Shown here piece by piece: positions 1-11,855 of a stretch of DNA of 64,000 bases (position 1 is the first letter of the stretch; every line of letters begins with the position of its first letter). The DNA is from Utricularia gibba (taxonomy: Eukaryota > Plantae > Magnoliophyta). Below the pieces are notes generated by a model. That model was not told the origin of the DNA. It ran no database searches and saw only the letters and a list, made by a program, of their open reading frames with translations. The DNA is taken from NCBI GenBank assembly GCA_002189035.1, contig NEEC01000010.1, forward strand, positions 3,162,001 through 3,226,000. The letters run 5' to 3'. Made by a program: the position numbers and the translations under genes.

Positions 1-408
1 CCAAGTATTCCGCTACCCCCAGGTGCATCTAGTGTTCCCGTGCATAATATTTCTTCCACTGAAGCACCCCAAAGTTATGCATCCTCTGGAGAGGCACCAA
101 AAATGTACTCATCTGAAGTCCACTCTTTGAATGGTCCACCTGTTACAGCATATGGTTACACTAGCTCTGCTGCCCCCATGCCACCAGGTGCTCACTTTTC
201 ATATCCTACAGCTGCGTATGGATATTCACCTTATTATGCTGCTGTTCCTCCCCCTCCGCCTCCTGCACAGCAGCTGGACCCATCACAGTGCTTGAGTAAT
301 GTTCCTTGGGCCTCAAGTCAACCAGTTCCTCCCACATCGTCGTCCACTGAGAAAAGAAGCTATGGAGCAGACTCTGAGTATGAGAAGTTCATGTCAGAAA
401 CAAAATAA
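1..408 (+). CDS. SF1: Splicing factor 1 / branchpoint-binding protein, C-terminal part (5' end outside window)
   Basis: Pro/Tyr-rich open frame from base 1 ending YGADSEYEKFMSETK*, matching the plant SF1 terminus (GADxEYEKFMxEMK). Confidence 0.8.
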   Translation, partial: PSIPLPPGASSVPVHNISSTEAPQSYASSGEAPKMYSSEVHSLNGPPVTAYGYTSSAAPMPPGAHFSYPTAAYGYSPYYAAVPPPPPPAQQLDPSQCLSNVPWASSQPVPPTSSSTEKRSYGADSEYEKFMSETK

Positions 409-1430
409 CATTTATTCAGACTGCTGCTTGTTATGAGGTAAGGACGACATTCCACCAGGATCAATGGCATGATTGATCTGGCAGTAATATTCCTTGGATA
501 CCCACTTACATGTTTTAGTCTCGCCATCTTTGAAATCACATGCTCATTCAAATAAGTACATCTAGATTACGCTGATTGTACACTCACTTCTTTTCTATTA
601 TGTAATATCTCTACAGGATATCTGATGGGGCAGTGTCTTCCTGATATCTGATCTCTTCCTATGATTTACTTCTTCGACGATTTGGACTCACATAACCTTG
701 CTGTACTGTTACATTTGCAGAAAGTTGCTCTCAAGTTGGCTCCTTTGACAGTCTGCTGTATCATCCTTTCAAAAGATAAACTAATGGCTGTTTTGTAGGG
801 TTCTTTATCAACGCTCATATCTGCTTTGGGTTGTCATGTTTTTGAACTCAAGTGCTTTTTTTTTGTGTTTCGCCTCTCTCTACCTGCTTTCTCACCTCTT
901 TCGTAGTCCTAACCTTATTTTGGACTTGTCTTCTTTGCTAAGACGTGGATGCATCATCTTTGTCGACGGTGAGTTCAACAAACACAGTTACTTTTTCAGC
1001 GCTAATGATTTTGGACTTTGATTCTACCCAGTTCCCGTTCTCCTAGTTCATGCATGTCAGTCGCCAAGTTATGAGATTCGACATCCACAATGCATCGGCG
1101 GACCACATTGATCCCCTTGTCTAGGAAGTGAAAAGGGGTCGCAGGTTTTGATTCCATCTTATGATACTTTGTGTTGCTAACTGAGGATAATAACCCAGGG
1201 GGTGCTTGTGTGTTGCTTCTCCTTAACCTGAATCACGATATGCTCGAGCTTTTGAGGATCAAAGTTTTCTTCGAATGTGATGATTGAATTTGAATGGTTC
1301 CTGGAGACAGTGAGACCAAAATAGCATGTAAATATGAAGGAAAATGGGGTTCCTAGCAGGGCGTCGCAACATGAGATGTTTTCTGTAACACTGAAGGCAG
1401 GCATCAGTTAGGCGCTACGGCTCTCCCCGT

Positions 1431-2597
1431 CTACAATGGCTGCATCTCTAGACGTACATGCGATCCGCCATTTGCAGAGGTAGACGGCAACTCCTGTCGT
1501 TCACCATCTGCAGTCATCTCCTGATGGGGGGTGGGTTCACGACGGTCATCGGAAATGCACCATCGTCGGTGAGCCGAGCCTTCATCTCCCGGTGCTCCTG
1601 GCACAAGGCACACCAGTGCAAGCAACAGTGCACCATGCAGGGGTCACACGGCGAGTTCTGCATCGTAATAAACACATGGGAAATTGGAAACTAGCAGCAG
1701 GAAAGGCAGTGCTGGATGCAACTTCCAGAAACACGGCACCTGGAGATGGTACTTTTTCTGCAGCGTCTGCCGGGAGAGGCCGGTGTAGATGCCACACATC
1801 CACCAACTGAAGAGCAAGCCTTCAACTATGAGGAAGGTCGTCCTCGGTTCGATTACGCCGTGCAGAGCGGCGGCGGCGGCAGCCAACGCCAATCCGCCCT
1901 CCACAAAGATGGCATGACAGATACATGGACCGGTCCATGGGGTGTCGTCCCTCAGTTGCTCGAAGTTGCGTCCGAAGAGAATGCACGGGCAAAACAGCCC
2001 CGTCCTGCCTATTCCATGACAGAAGAAGAGGCACCTGAGAATACATGTAGTTGACAATGCCCCCTGCATAAGAGTGAAGGTGCTTACAACTCTCGGTATC
2101 TTGGGCACAGTCGAAGATCCCAGTGGTCCAAGGCTCATCTGCCGGAGCTTGATAGCTCTCTGGTAACGGCTGGCCACACTCATTGCACTTCCTGATATGC
2201 AGCTGCAATGGGTGCATGAATCAAGGCAATGAAGCACAGGATTCTCAATGTGCCATGGCATGCGGAATGAGAAGGAAAACATAAACTGTATGTAGAGTCA
2301 AATGAAGGAGACAACCACACAGGTCAATATGCAGGTGCTAGTCAGCAGATGAGCTAAACACGATTGATCACCACTCACCAAGCAATATCAAACACTTAGA
2401 TTACCACAAATAATTACTTAGATTCAGTCCGAATAAATGGGAAATCTGTTTCAATGCGGAAGCCTTTAGGGTAAATGGAATGAGACCTGTGGCACATCGA
2501 TGGGCATGTTGAGTTCGCCGGGTTTGATATCCTCCAATGGCGCCTGCTCCTTGGTCAATTTCACATAACTCGACGGGTGACTCATTTCTTCCGCCAT
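1431..2597 (-). CDS. CNR6: PLAC8 / cell number regulator 6-like protein, 4 coding exons, one apparent -1 frameshift near 1526-1531
   Basis: [21 protein letters not shown]..., CNECGQPLP...[43 protein letters not shown]. The family C-terminus (QEM...LEMQPL*) is reached only if the G6 run at 1526-1531 is G7. Confidence 0.88.
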
Positions 2598-3668
2598 TTG
2601 CGAAGATCTAATCAGAATCCAAGCCCCAGCTTCAAGATCGGAAGACACGAAGACAAACCAAAATGATCAAAACCCATCTCGCACCACAAGTCAACGAAAA
2701 CCAAATCACCAAGAAAAAGAGAAGAACCTGGTGACAAGAGACCTTCGGTTACAATAATTCAACACAGTCGCCGAACAAAGCGACGACGAGCCAATCGTCG
2801 GAGAGAAGACCGGAGTCGCCCCCGAGATTTGGACGCGATGAACTGAACGAGGACTTCGAGTCACGGGCTTTATCGTTTCAACTCAAGGGTATGTCGGTGT
2901 AGCCCAATAGTTCCCCTGAATCCATCACAAGGCTCAATACATAACTGGGCTGCACCGCCTCGGCCCAATATTTGCTCCTGAGTCCATGATCCGGACCATA
3001 ATTAAATTATCCTAAATCTGGTTCTTGTTTTTGTTGTTTTTTTCATAATAAAATATTTCCAAAAATTCGAATATTCCCAATTCAACGCAACATTACACCA
3101 ATGCAAAAACTATGCAACTGCATATATTCTAAGAATCGAATTGTAGAAATTTAAACTATGTTTGAAAAAAATTAATTCATAATTGATTTTAACATACTTG
3201 AAAATTCTGATATAATTGGTATTGATATATATTAGAAAGCATTTTTTTTAAAAATAATAATTATAAAATAAATTCATATTTAGAATGTGGAAAATGAGAA
3301 TTTATAATCCAAAACATACTCTAGACAAGACAGGATACATGGACGCCACTTCTACCTACTTGTGAAGCACTCTTGGTTAGTCCATTTATGGGGAGAAAAA
3401 CCATGTGGTCCAAAACACTCAACGGTGGACCATCACCCACCAGATTCAATCCCTCATTTATCACTTAATCCCACGTAATACACATATTTAATCAGTATAA
3501 TGCCCAGGCTTTTAGTTGTTACTAATTATAATCATTTAAATTTTAACAAGAAAGTTTGTTGTTGTACGTCGTAAGGGAAGTTCCACTGAGTGACAGCAGA
3601 CGGCGCACCGGTGCGGTGGTTGGATTGGATGCTGAAAACAAAAATGAAATGGAAAGGGGAAAAGGAAA

Positions 3669-4115
3669 TTACCGCCGGAGAGCAGCGGCGGAGGCGACCC
3701 ACGCGGCGTCACGCGGCACGATTTGCCCCTGGGCGGACACGATCGACTTGTAGATCTCGACAATCGTCCGCTCGTCGTACTCCTTGGGCGGCCGAGATCC
3801 GAACCCCGCGAGTCCATCCCCGCGGTATCCCGCCCCAATCGCCGGCGAGTTCGCGAGCCGCAGCATCATATTCACATAGGCGTCGCGCAATCCGATGAGG
3901 AACTTCTTCGGAGAGAAGCGGAACTTGAGTTTCAGCCGAGGCGTCAGCCTAAACTTCCAGAAACGACGCCGTCTCGGGGATCCTTCCGCAATCGGAGGCA
4001 GTTCCATAGCCCGCCGCGCCTTGCTCCGTCTCGCGGCGCCGCCGAGACGTGTGTAGCCTCTCCGCCGCCAGTAGCTTCGGAATCCCCTGAACGCCGTCAC
4101 CGTAACCCCTTCCAT
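3669..4115 (-). CDS. Conserved plant protein of unknown function, single exon, 148 aa, Arg-rich
   Basis: Intact ORF with YWRRRGYxRL, LRDAYVNMML and KEYDERTIVEIYKSI motifs typical of a conserved angiosperm family. Confidence 0.8.
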   Translation of the reverse strand: MEGVTVTAFRGFRSYWRRRGYTRLGGAARRSKARRAMELPPIAEGSPRRRRFWKFRLTPRLKLKFRFSPKKFLIGLRDAYVNMMLRLANSPAIGAGYRGDGLAGFGSRPPKEYDERTIVEIYKSIVSAQGQIVPRDAAWVASAAALRR

Positions 4116-5613
4116 AACCGCTCAACTTCTTCCTGGAAAATTAGTTGAAAAACACTAGATCTCCTGTTTCAGGTAGAAGAGATAGCGTTCGTAGGGCGTA
4201 GCCTGGCCGATGTTTGGAGGAGACGGAGGCGGAGATATGGAGGCATTTATGCTGCTGCTGTTGTCCGTCCGTCTAATGGCGGATACTAAATGCTGGGTGC
4301 GCAGGTCGTCGGCCAGTAAGTATTTCTTTTTTCTATTTTCTTTATTAATTTTAAAAGCTATAAAGCTAGTGCCTATGGCCTAATGCTACTCCTCTACCTC
4401 CCAACTTGCTCTTCCCTCCTCTTCTTCCTCACCCCGCTTTCATCATCCATCTCCATCTGATGGCAAGCCTTGGGTCAAAGCATCCTCACCCCTCCTCTCA
4501 GTTTCTTTGGCATTATACTATTGTTCCTTCTGCATCCACCTTACTCTTTTACCTTTGACTTTGGAAAAAAAGCTTGTCTTTCCGTCCACCGGGTTATCTG
4601 GGTGGAGCCGTACACAGAATAGTAGATCATGATGGGCGATGGGCTCCGGGTGCACTCTGCTGGATGTAGGCTCCCGGGGCCGTGCCTTTGTCTGGGCACA
4701 TGACGACAACAGTTTCATGGGATGCCACTGCCACTGTTGCAGCATATAACACAGAGGCATACGAAGTTCCACGTCATCCATCTCAAGTTGGGCTGCTGCT
4801 GCTGATATGAGATTTGGGTTGCCTCTTTCGAACCTTTGTCTTGCCATCCCATTAAATGCATCCACCCAAATCGGAGGCCTTAGAAGCAACCGTACATTAA
4901 ACGCATACTTGCCAAATCCGTGTACTCGGGTACGGTTTTTAGGAATTTAATTAGGTAGTTATCCCCAGATGGATTGATCAAAATGCTGCTAATCTGGGTA
5001 CAGTGCAGGTTGCATCATAAACAGATTCACAGGTAAAAGCATACTGTTTTTACAGGCAGGCTGTTGACGACCACAATACAAGCTCTATGGAATGGGAGAG
5101 GGTACCTTCAGAGTAGCAAGACCAAAGCGATGGTCACACCCTCATCTCCAAGCAAAAGGCATACACTACTAAGAGGTACTCGATGGACCAGCAGACGACA
5201 TCGAAAACGGCATCTGTATTGGGAATCTCCAGGAGGATGCTAAAGCTGATACAGGGTTGCTGACTCTCACGGAAATGTAGGGCTTGTTATCAAGGATTCG
5301 ACTGAGGAGGACCTGGTGAGGGAGGGTACCCCGGACCATATATACCAGATAACTAAAAAAAGAAACTTGCCCTTGTCTTCATCAGAATCTGGTATATTAA
5401 TCCTTGCAATGAGACTCGAAGCCCTTACCCGGCACACCCGACAACAGATCTACCGGCTGCAACATCTACGTTCGGAACAAACGCGTGCCTGTAGATTCCA
5501 ACATATGACTACAAATAGGGGACCAAGAATCTTAAAAAGCAGCTCCGGCAGAGTGATGGGAGGGTAAAAGAATTTATTGCAAGAGAAATACCATGAAACA
5601 AGAACCCATTACC

Positions 5614-8054
5614 TCAGAAGAAGTTGAAGCCTCCAGATGGAACAGTCTTTTCAGGACCTCCAAAGGGGAAAGCAAGCAGGTTGGCATCTCCAGATGCCAG
5701 TTGTTCATCTTCAGCTTCTAACCAATAAGTTTCAAGAATCTTCACTGCCTTCTCATAGATTTCATTGTTATCATGATTCTGAAGGTTCTCAATCTTCTCT
5801 AGACCATCAGCCTCATCAATCAGCTGCGCATACACATTCACATCTCCAGTGCCGCCTTGGTTTTTTTCAGCCTCTCCAACCTTGAGGATGTTTTCTAGGC
5901 CCTCCAAGCAAACTGTCACAATTCTTGGATCAGGACAATTTAAAAGGTCACAGAGTGCCTTGATACATCCATTACTAATCAAAAACCTGCGAAAAGCAGT
6001 GGGTTTAAATTCGGAGCAGGTAGATGAATTGCAGTGGTGAAAGAAAAACGACATAAACAGATTATACTTGATTTGCTGATGAGTTCCTCCAGAAGTAGCA
6101 TTGGAAATGGCCCAGACAGCCTCTTTCTTTATCTCGAATTCTGCATTTTGAAGCAGGTTCACAAGGGGGGATATTATACCTGATTCAATCACAGCCTGCA
6201 CAATCATGATGATTTCCCACGCATAATAACAAAAACAATGTCAGAACTGCAAATCAACAGAATATACAACCTATAACTGATAAAATGTCTCTGCAATCAC
6301 CTGGATCTGATCCCTATTTCCAGCGGTAATATTTGATATAGTCCAGCAAGCTTCCTTTTTAATACTCTTCTTATGATTTTCAGTTAACAAGTTAAGCAAG
6401 CAAGGAAGAGCCCGGTTATCGATAATGATCTGTGAAGGTTCATAAAATTATAGCAAGCTTGTGATTCATCCGTGAAAGGGAATGCTGGTTAAAAAATCAA
6501 ACACTAAACTGAAATATTAAGGCTTGGATCAAATGAACTAATAGGCATTGGAGTTACTACCTGAGTCTGGGCATCATCACCAGTTACAATATTGCCAACA
6601 GTACGCAGTGCAGGAATTAAAACAGATGGTGAAGGGTGCCTGACAATGCAATAAGTGATTAACACTCATCTGAAAAATATACAACGAGTATTCGCATATA
6701 ATGCTTACAATAAAAGCTCGACTAGACGAGGGCATACACCAGCCTCAATCACAGCCTGGATTTTATCATTCACTCCATCTGACAAATAGGAAAGCGCCCA
6801 GCTTGCATCTGTCAGCACTTCTTCATCATTTGTATGTATAAGACGAGCAAGAACTGGTAAAGCGGTTCTAACCTGATCATTGGATTTTCGGACAAATGGT
6901 TGGATAGCTAAACTATGTATAGAGAGAGGACAGCATAGAGACCATTTGAACAGCAAACCTGATCAAACTGGGGTTGTGGCTTTCCACGGCAGAAGTTTGA
7001 CAATGTCCATGTTGCATTTCTCAGCATTGAAAGCTTGGCTTGATCGCTGAATTGTGCCAGTAAGGGAATCAAAGCTCCATAACTAAGGACAAGATCACGG
7101 CACTTTGGTGAGTCACCAGCAACATTTCCTAAAGCCCACACAGCCTACATGCATCATCAGTCAGAATCAGACAAACAAAACAAAAGAAAGATAATTCATG
7201 GAGGAACAATCCAGTCCACAGGATAGATAATGAAGTATCCACCTGCTCGCGCACATCATCACTTGGAGATGTGAGAAGCCTAACAAAAATCGGAACAGCG
7301 CCATGGTCGATCACAACCTTGGTGTTGTCGGACGTTCCAGATGCAATGTTGGTGAGGGCCCAAGCAGCCTCAAACTGGAGTACAAAAAAACCACATGGTC
7401 AAAACCACGGGAACTCTAAACCACCACAAACAGAAATGATATCTGAAGAAACGTATGACTACTTGAAGTTGCGGATAATCATCTCTGGAAAGAAACTCAA
7501 CAAAGCGTGGCACCACGCCAGACTGTATTACTTCCTCGATTGGGGGATTACGCTCTGTAAAACACAACAGCCAGATACATGAAAATCCCACAACAACGAC
7601 AAAAAAATATTAAAGATAAATAGATGCTTACCTATCGAGAGAAGTTTGCGGAACTGAGTTGTCGCCTCAAGCAGCAATGCAGCATCATTCGACCACACGC
7701 CAGCCACCATGGATGCGAGGCTTTCTAACTAAAAACACAGGAAAACTAGTTAAAATGCGATAGATTTAGAAGATGAACGATAATTCTACTCCGATCAGAT
7801 CCAATTGATCTTAATCAAACCTAAGTTCGAATAACCCAAATCACCTTCTTATCGGGCTGGGGAGCGGTGATTGCAGCCGGAAAATGCTGAGCTTGGAGCC
7901 CCTCGCGACGTTTCTTCAGCAAATTCTCCTCCCTCTTATTCTTCCTTATCTCAACCATATTATCCTCCCTGCGCCGCCGCCCCTCTTCCGCGTCCACTGC
8001 CACCTTGTACCGGCTCCGCCGGACCTCCGTCTTCGCGCTAGGCCTCAACGACAT
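5614..8054 (-). CDS. IMPA: Importin subunit alpha, multi-exon
   Basis: IBB domain MSLRP...[21 protein letters not shown] repeats ([32 protein letters not shown]), GT-AG introns and a GGFNFF* end. Confidence 0.97.
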
Positions 8055-8589
8055 GGTACCGGACACCACGAAAAAAGGGAGGAAAACACAAAATCAAACC
8101 GCAGAACGCAGCAATTTCTCGTTCGCCGCTTCGATTGAACTGGATCAACAACTCAGCTCCGGAAAATCACCCTTAACGCTCAAGACAAATGGGGGCGTTT
8201 GTTATTCATAAACAACCGAAGGTTGAAGCGGATCTTCAATTAATAAAGGGTTTTTCCTTGCATCCACGCTATATTTACGATGATGCCCCGCCAGCCAAAC
8301 AAGTAAGAAATGAATTAACTTTATCTTTTTATAAACACGTGTAACAATCGCAGTGGTGTAAGTAATGAAAGGCGGTCGCTTATTGGTTGACGTCCACCGC
8401 CACGCAACGTAACCGCATCACTTGTTTGATTCGTATCTCAGGCTTTTGTCTCTACACCGCTTCGCATTTCCCAGCTGTGCTTGTTACGTGCGTGTCGTCA
8501 CTCAATTCAAGGGTATCGCTGATTGCGGTCGGATCCAGATCAGAACCCTAGCTCTTTCGGCTCGTAATTTGGATATGTGTGCGATTTAC

Positions 8590-10771
8590 ATGGCGCATCG
8601 AAGATTGGAATATTTTTTTCTCGTCTGCATTTTGTTGCGCTGCTTAGTCGCATTTTCGGCGTAAGGTTGAATAGTTATTTTGTTTGTTGTCGATTAATGG
8701 TGGAGTGCTGATTTTTTTTTTGTGTCAGGAAGAGTTATTATGACATTCTCCATGTGTCGAGAGGCGCCTCCGATGAGCATATAAGGCGTGCATATCGAAG
8801 CTTGCTCTGAAGTATCAACCAGATAAAAGTCAAGGGAATCAAGAGGCGAACAAAAATTTGCAGAAATTCATAATGGTGTGCATAACTTTTGTCGTGATTT
8901 TTTGTTTAATTTTCTGGGATGCTACTGTGCCTGTAGCTTATGAGGTATTATCTGGTAGTGAGAAGAGATCAATATATGATAGATATGGTGAAGAAGGCCT
9001 TAAACAGCATGCTGCTGGAGTAGGCAAGTGGTATGAATATTCAGGATATCTTTAGCTCGTGAGCCCTTTTTTTAATCTTATGCAAGCTTTTTTTACATGG
9101 AAATTTTTTTTTTGTACCTGCCGCTGTTAGCAATGTTAGAAATTCATGAGTACGATTTGACTCCCTATGATAAAAAGCATTTCCTTTTGCTTGTGAAGAT
9201 AGACTTCCGATGGAGTACTTTGCTCTAAAGCTAAATAAATGATGAAGCAATCTATGCTACAATGGATAAAATATATGGATATGGAATGCCGTTTCCAAAT
9301 GTGTGTTCTCATTGTGTATGAGCAACTCAATAAAAAGTACGATTTGTTTAATGCCTCCGTGTACTTCGTACATGTCTTTGATCGAGTTCTCTGTGCTCAC
9401 CCTTTTTTCTCTCTTTAGTAGTTTTATTTAATGCGTTTTAATTGTGCGCATTAAATGAATTAGCTGCTTTATGGTCCATATCTTTCATACATATGACTAA
9501 TGTTTGGTCATATCCTTGATGGATTGCATCTGATGACTCATGTTTACATGATGAATTTCTGATTTTGGAGAAGTGGATCCTGTCAGGTGTGGAGGTTAAA
9601 AATATAATAAAACCTGCTTCAGGAAAGCTGAAATGAAACTGTAGGACGTGGTTTATCACAGGCAAATTGGTCCAGGCGTGTTCCAACAAATGACCTGAGA
9701 GGCATGTTTTTTCTATTTCCACAGACAAAATTGATGGCAAAGTACTTCGAATATTCTAAAACTATTTGACTTACTGTATTTTAGTTATAGGTCTGTGAAC
9801 AATGCCCAAACGTCAATTATGAAAGAGATGGAGAGTTCATCTCCGTGGATATTGAGAAGGGAATCTAGGATGGGGAAGTAAGCAGATTGTTTTTCCTTCT
9901 CAAACTCAATGTCTGCCTTGTGCGTAGACTTCACAATGCCCCTCCATCTTTTAAGCTGTGAATATTTGGGGATCTTTATGGTTTTTTTGCCCATCCCATT
10001 TGATCTAAGCTGATTCGCGGCTATACTTGCTGTAATTTTTTGTCCCAATGCTAATGCAGTTTCGCATACAATCAGCACCCCATGATCGCTTCCAAAGGGG
10101 CAGGAATGATCTCAAGTCAAGAGTTACTACCCCCTTGGTAATTTTCCTGTTGCCGCATATTATGGTGCATGGGGTTGATATGAAGACAAAAGTTTCTAGT
10201 TTCTTGGATATTCAACTTCTTAACATACTATAAACATAAAAATGGAAGTAGCAATGGAAACCTGGGTCAGCAGAATAGGTGCTGTAATTCGTGCTGTTGT
10301 TTCATTGCTTAGGCCTTCGCATTTGTAGTCAGTCTTGCACCTGGATATATATTGGCATAGAATTTGTCTTAGCACTTGGTCTCCATTTAGGTTCAAGCCC
10401 TCGTCAATTTTCACAAGACCGTTCAACACCTTGACGGCCATCTGGTGGACATCAGCTCAAAGGCGCGACTGCCCTCTCCTCTCCTCTCCTCTCCTGCATG
10501 CACATGCCTATTTACAAACCTCGATATTTCAGTGACATGCGACCGTCACAGAGTTGAAGCTGTTGGATATTGGAAGTGGTTGTTTAACCATCCCCCTTTT
10601 TTCCCTTCTCAGATCATAACCCGGCACAAGCAGTGGAGGAAGCTCAAGGGGGAGGGGATGCCATTACGTCACAGCAACAAAAAAGGCGACATGTACGTGA
10701 GTTTTGAGGTTCCCTTCCCGTCGTCTTTGACGGATGAGCAAAAGAACAAGATCCGGCAAGCTTTAGGGTAG
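8590..10771 (+). pseudogene. ERDJ3B: ER-luminal DnaJ (ERdj3B/DNAJB11-like) pseudogene
   Basis: Signal peptide, KSYYDIL, AYEVLS...YDRYGEEGLK, IKPA.GK, VCEQCPNV, GEGMP...KGDMYV.FEV.FP and SLTDEQKNKI are recognisable. HPD has become QPD (8816), there are nonsense codons at 9634 and 9866, several frameshifts, and two internal exons could not be found. Confidence 0.88.
10472..10495 (+). repeat. (CCTCT)n microsatellite in an intron of the ERdj3B pseudogene
   Basis: cctctcctctcctctcctctcct read directly. Confidence 0.8.
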
Positions 10772-10960
10772 AAGCAATGCATGTAGCAGGTTAGTTCCAC
10801 TATCACACCTATCAGATCACTCCGGTAGCAGGCAGCAGTATACCTAATACCACACCCACGTGCAGTTTTGAAACTATTGCCGACTCTTAGCTTCCGTTTC
10901 CGCTACTGTTCAAGACCAGGAGGCAAGCTAGTTAGAAAAAGCTGCAAAAACGCGCTGCCG

Positions 10961-11399
10961 ACGTGTCTCCAGAGCATCAGCTCGTCATTTGGGTTGGTAT
11001 GTGAAGAAGCAGCCAGAATGGAATGCGTATGAAACTCTTGGGGGCACGCCACGCGGGAGTCAACGACTCCGGAGCCCGGCCCAGCACCCAGTCACGACAC
11101 GTCACGTGGATAAAACATCCATCCTAAGTAGCATGGCGTGGCGTCCATGGGATCGGATAACTGCACATGCCCCTCCAGCTCTATCAGCCACACTTGCTGT
11201 ATTCTTTTATTTTCTATGGTGTTGTATTATGTACACGCACCTTGAAAATGATTTTTTGATGGCGCGATTCAATTTCAAAGTTGGTGATGACCTGAAACTC
11301 GTTTGCTTCAATGGTATGGTTGTGTTATTTAATCTGGAATGTATGAAATACACGAAAATAGTATCAGACACGGGGAGGAGGAGGGGAAGCGTGACACGT
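10961..11399 (+). promoter_or_regulatory. ABRE/G-box cluster upstream of the PLIP lipase
   Basis: ACGTGTC at 10961, GACACGT at 11096 and 11393, CACGTGG at 11103. Arabidopsis PLIP2 and PLIP3 are known to be ABA-responsive. Confidence 0.5.
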
Positions 11400-11855
11400 C
11401 GAGTCCCTTATACCAAACGGCGTCGTTTTTGGGTACGATAGTTTTTAGGAGAAAATAAATGTCTACAATCTACATGCATTCTTTTCGAAACACGTTTCTT
11501 CAACTGCTTCGTTTCTGGAAGTTAGAAAATTGACGTGGAGGGGAAGGGAGGGGAGGGGGCGTGAGAACTTTGGTCGCCTGTGTTTTCTCTTTTCTCCCCA
11601 TTTGCTGTTGTGGCGCGTCGTGTTTTTTTGGTTACTGGGTAGATTTAAAGGTTTAAAGCGGAAAGAACAAAGCTTTAAGCGCCTAAAAAGTATCGGAGAG
11701 GATCTGGGAAATTTGAAGGCGTTTGAGGGAGCTTGGTGTTGTTCGATCTGGGTAGTGTTTTTTAGGGGGATTTGGGGTGAATGCGCGAAACGATCCTGAT
11801 CTTGTAGGTGGGAAAAATTTCAAATTTCTCTTCTTTTTAGTTTGTGGGTGAGGAA

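Noticed and set aside
3590-4148. Overlapping + strand ORFs of 102-141 aa, and similar ones at 1716-2054, 23546-24022 and 35974-36420
   Set aside because: Antisense shadows of GC-rich real coding exons.
8380-8410. ER-stress element (ATTGG..TGACGT..CCAC) upstream of ERdj3B
   Set aside because: It fits the gene family, but the spacing does not match ERSE or UPRE consensus well enough to call.
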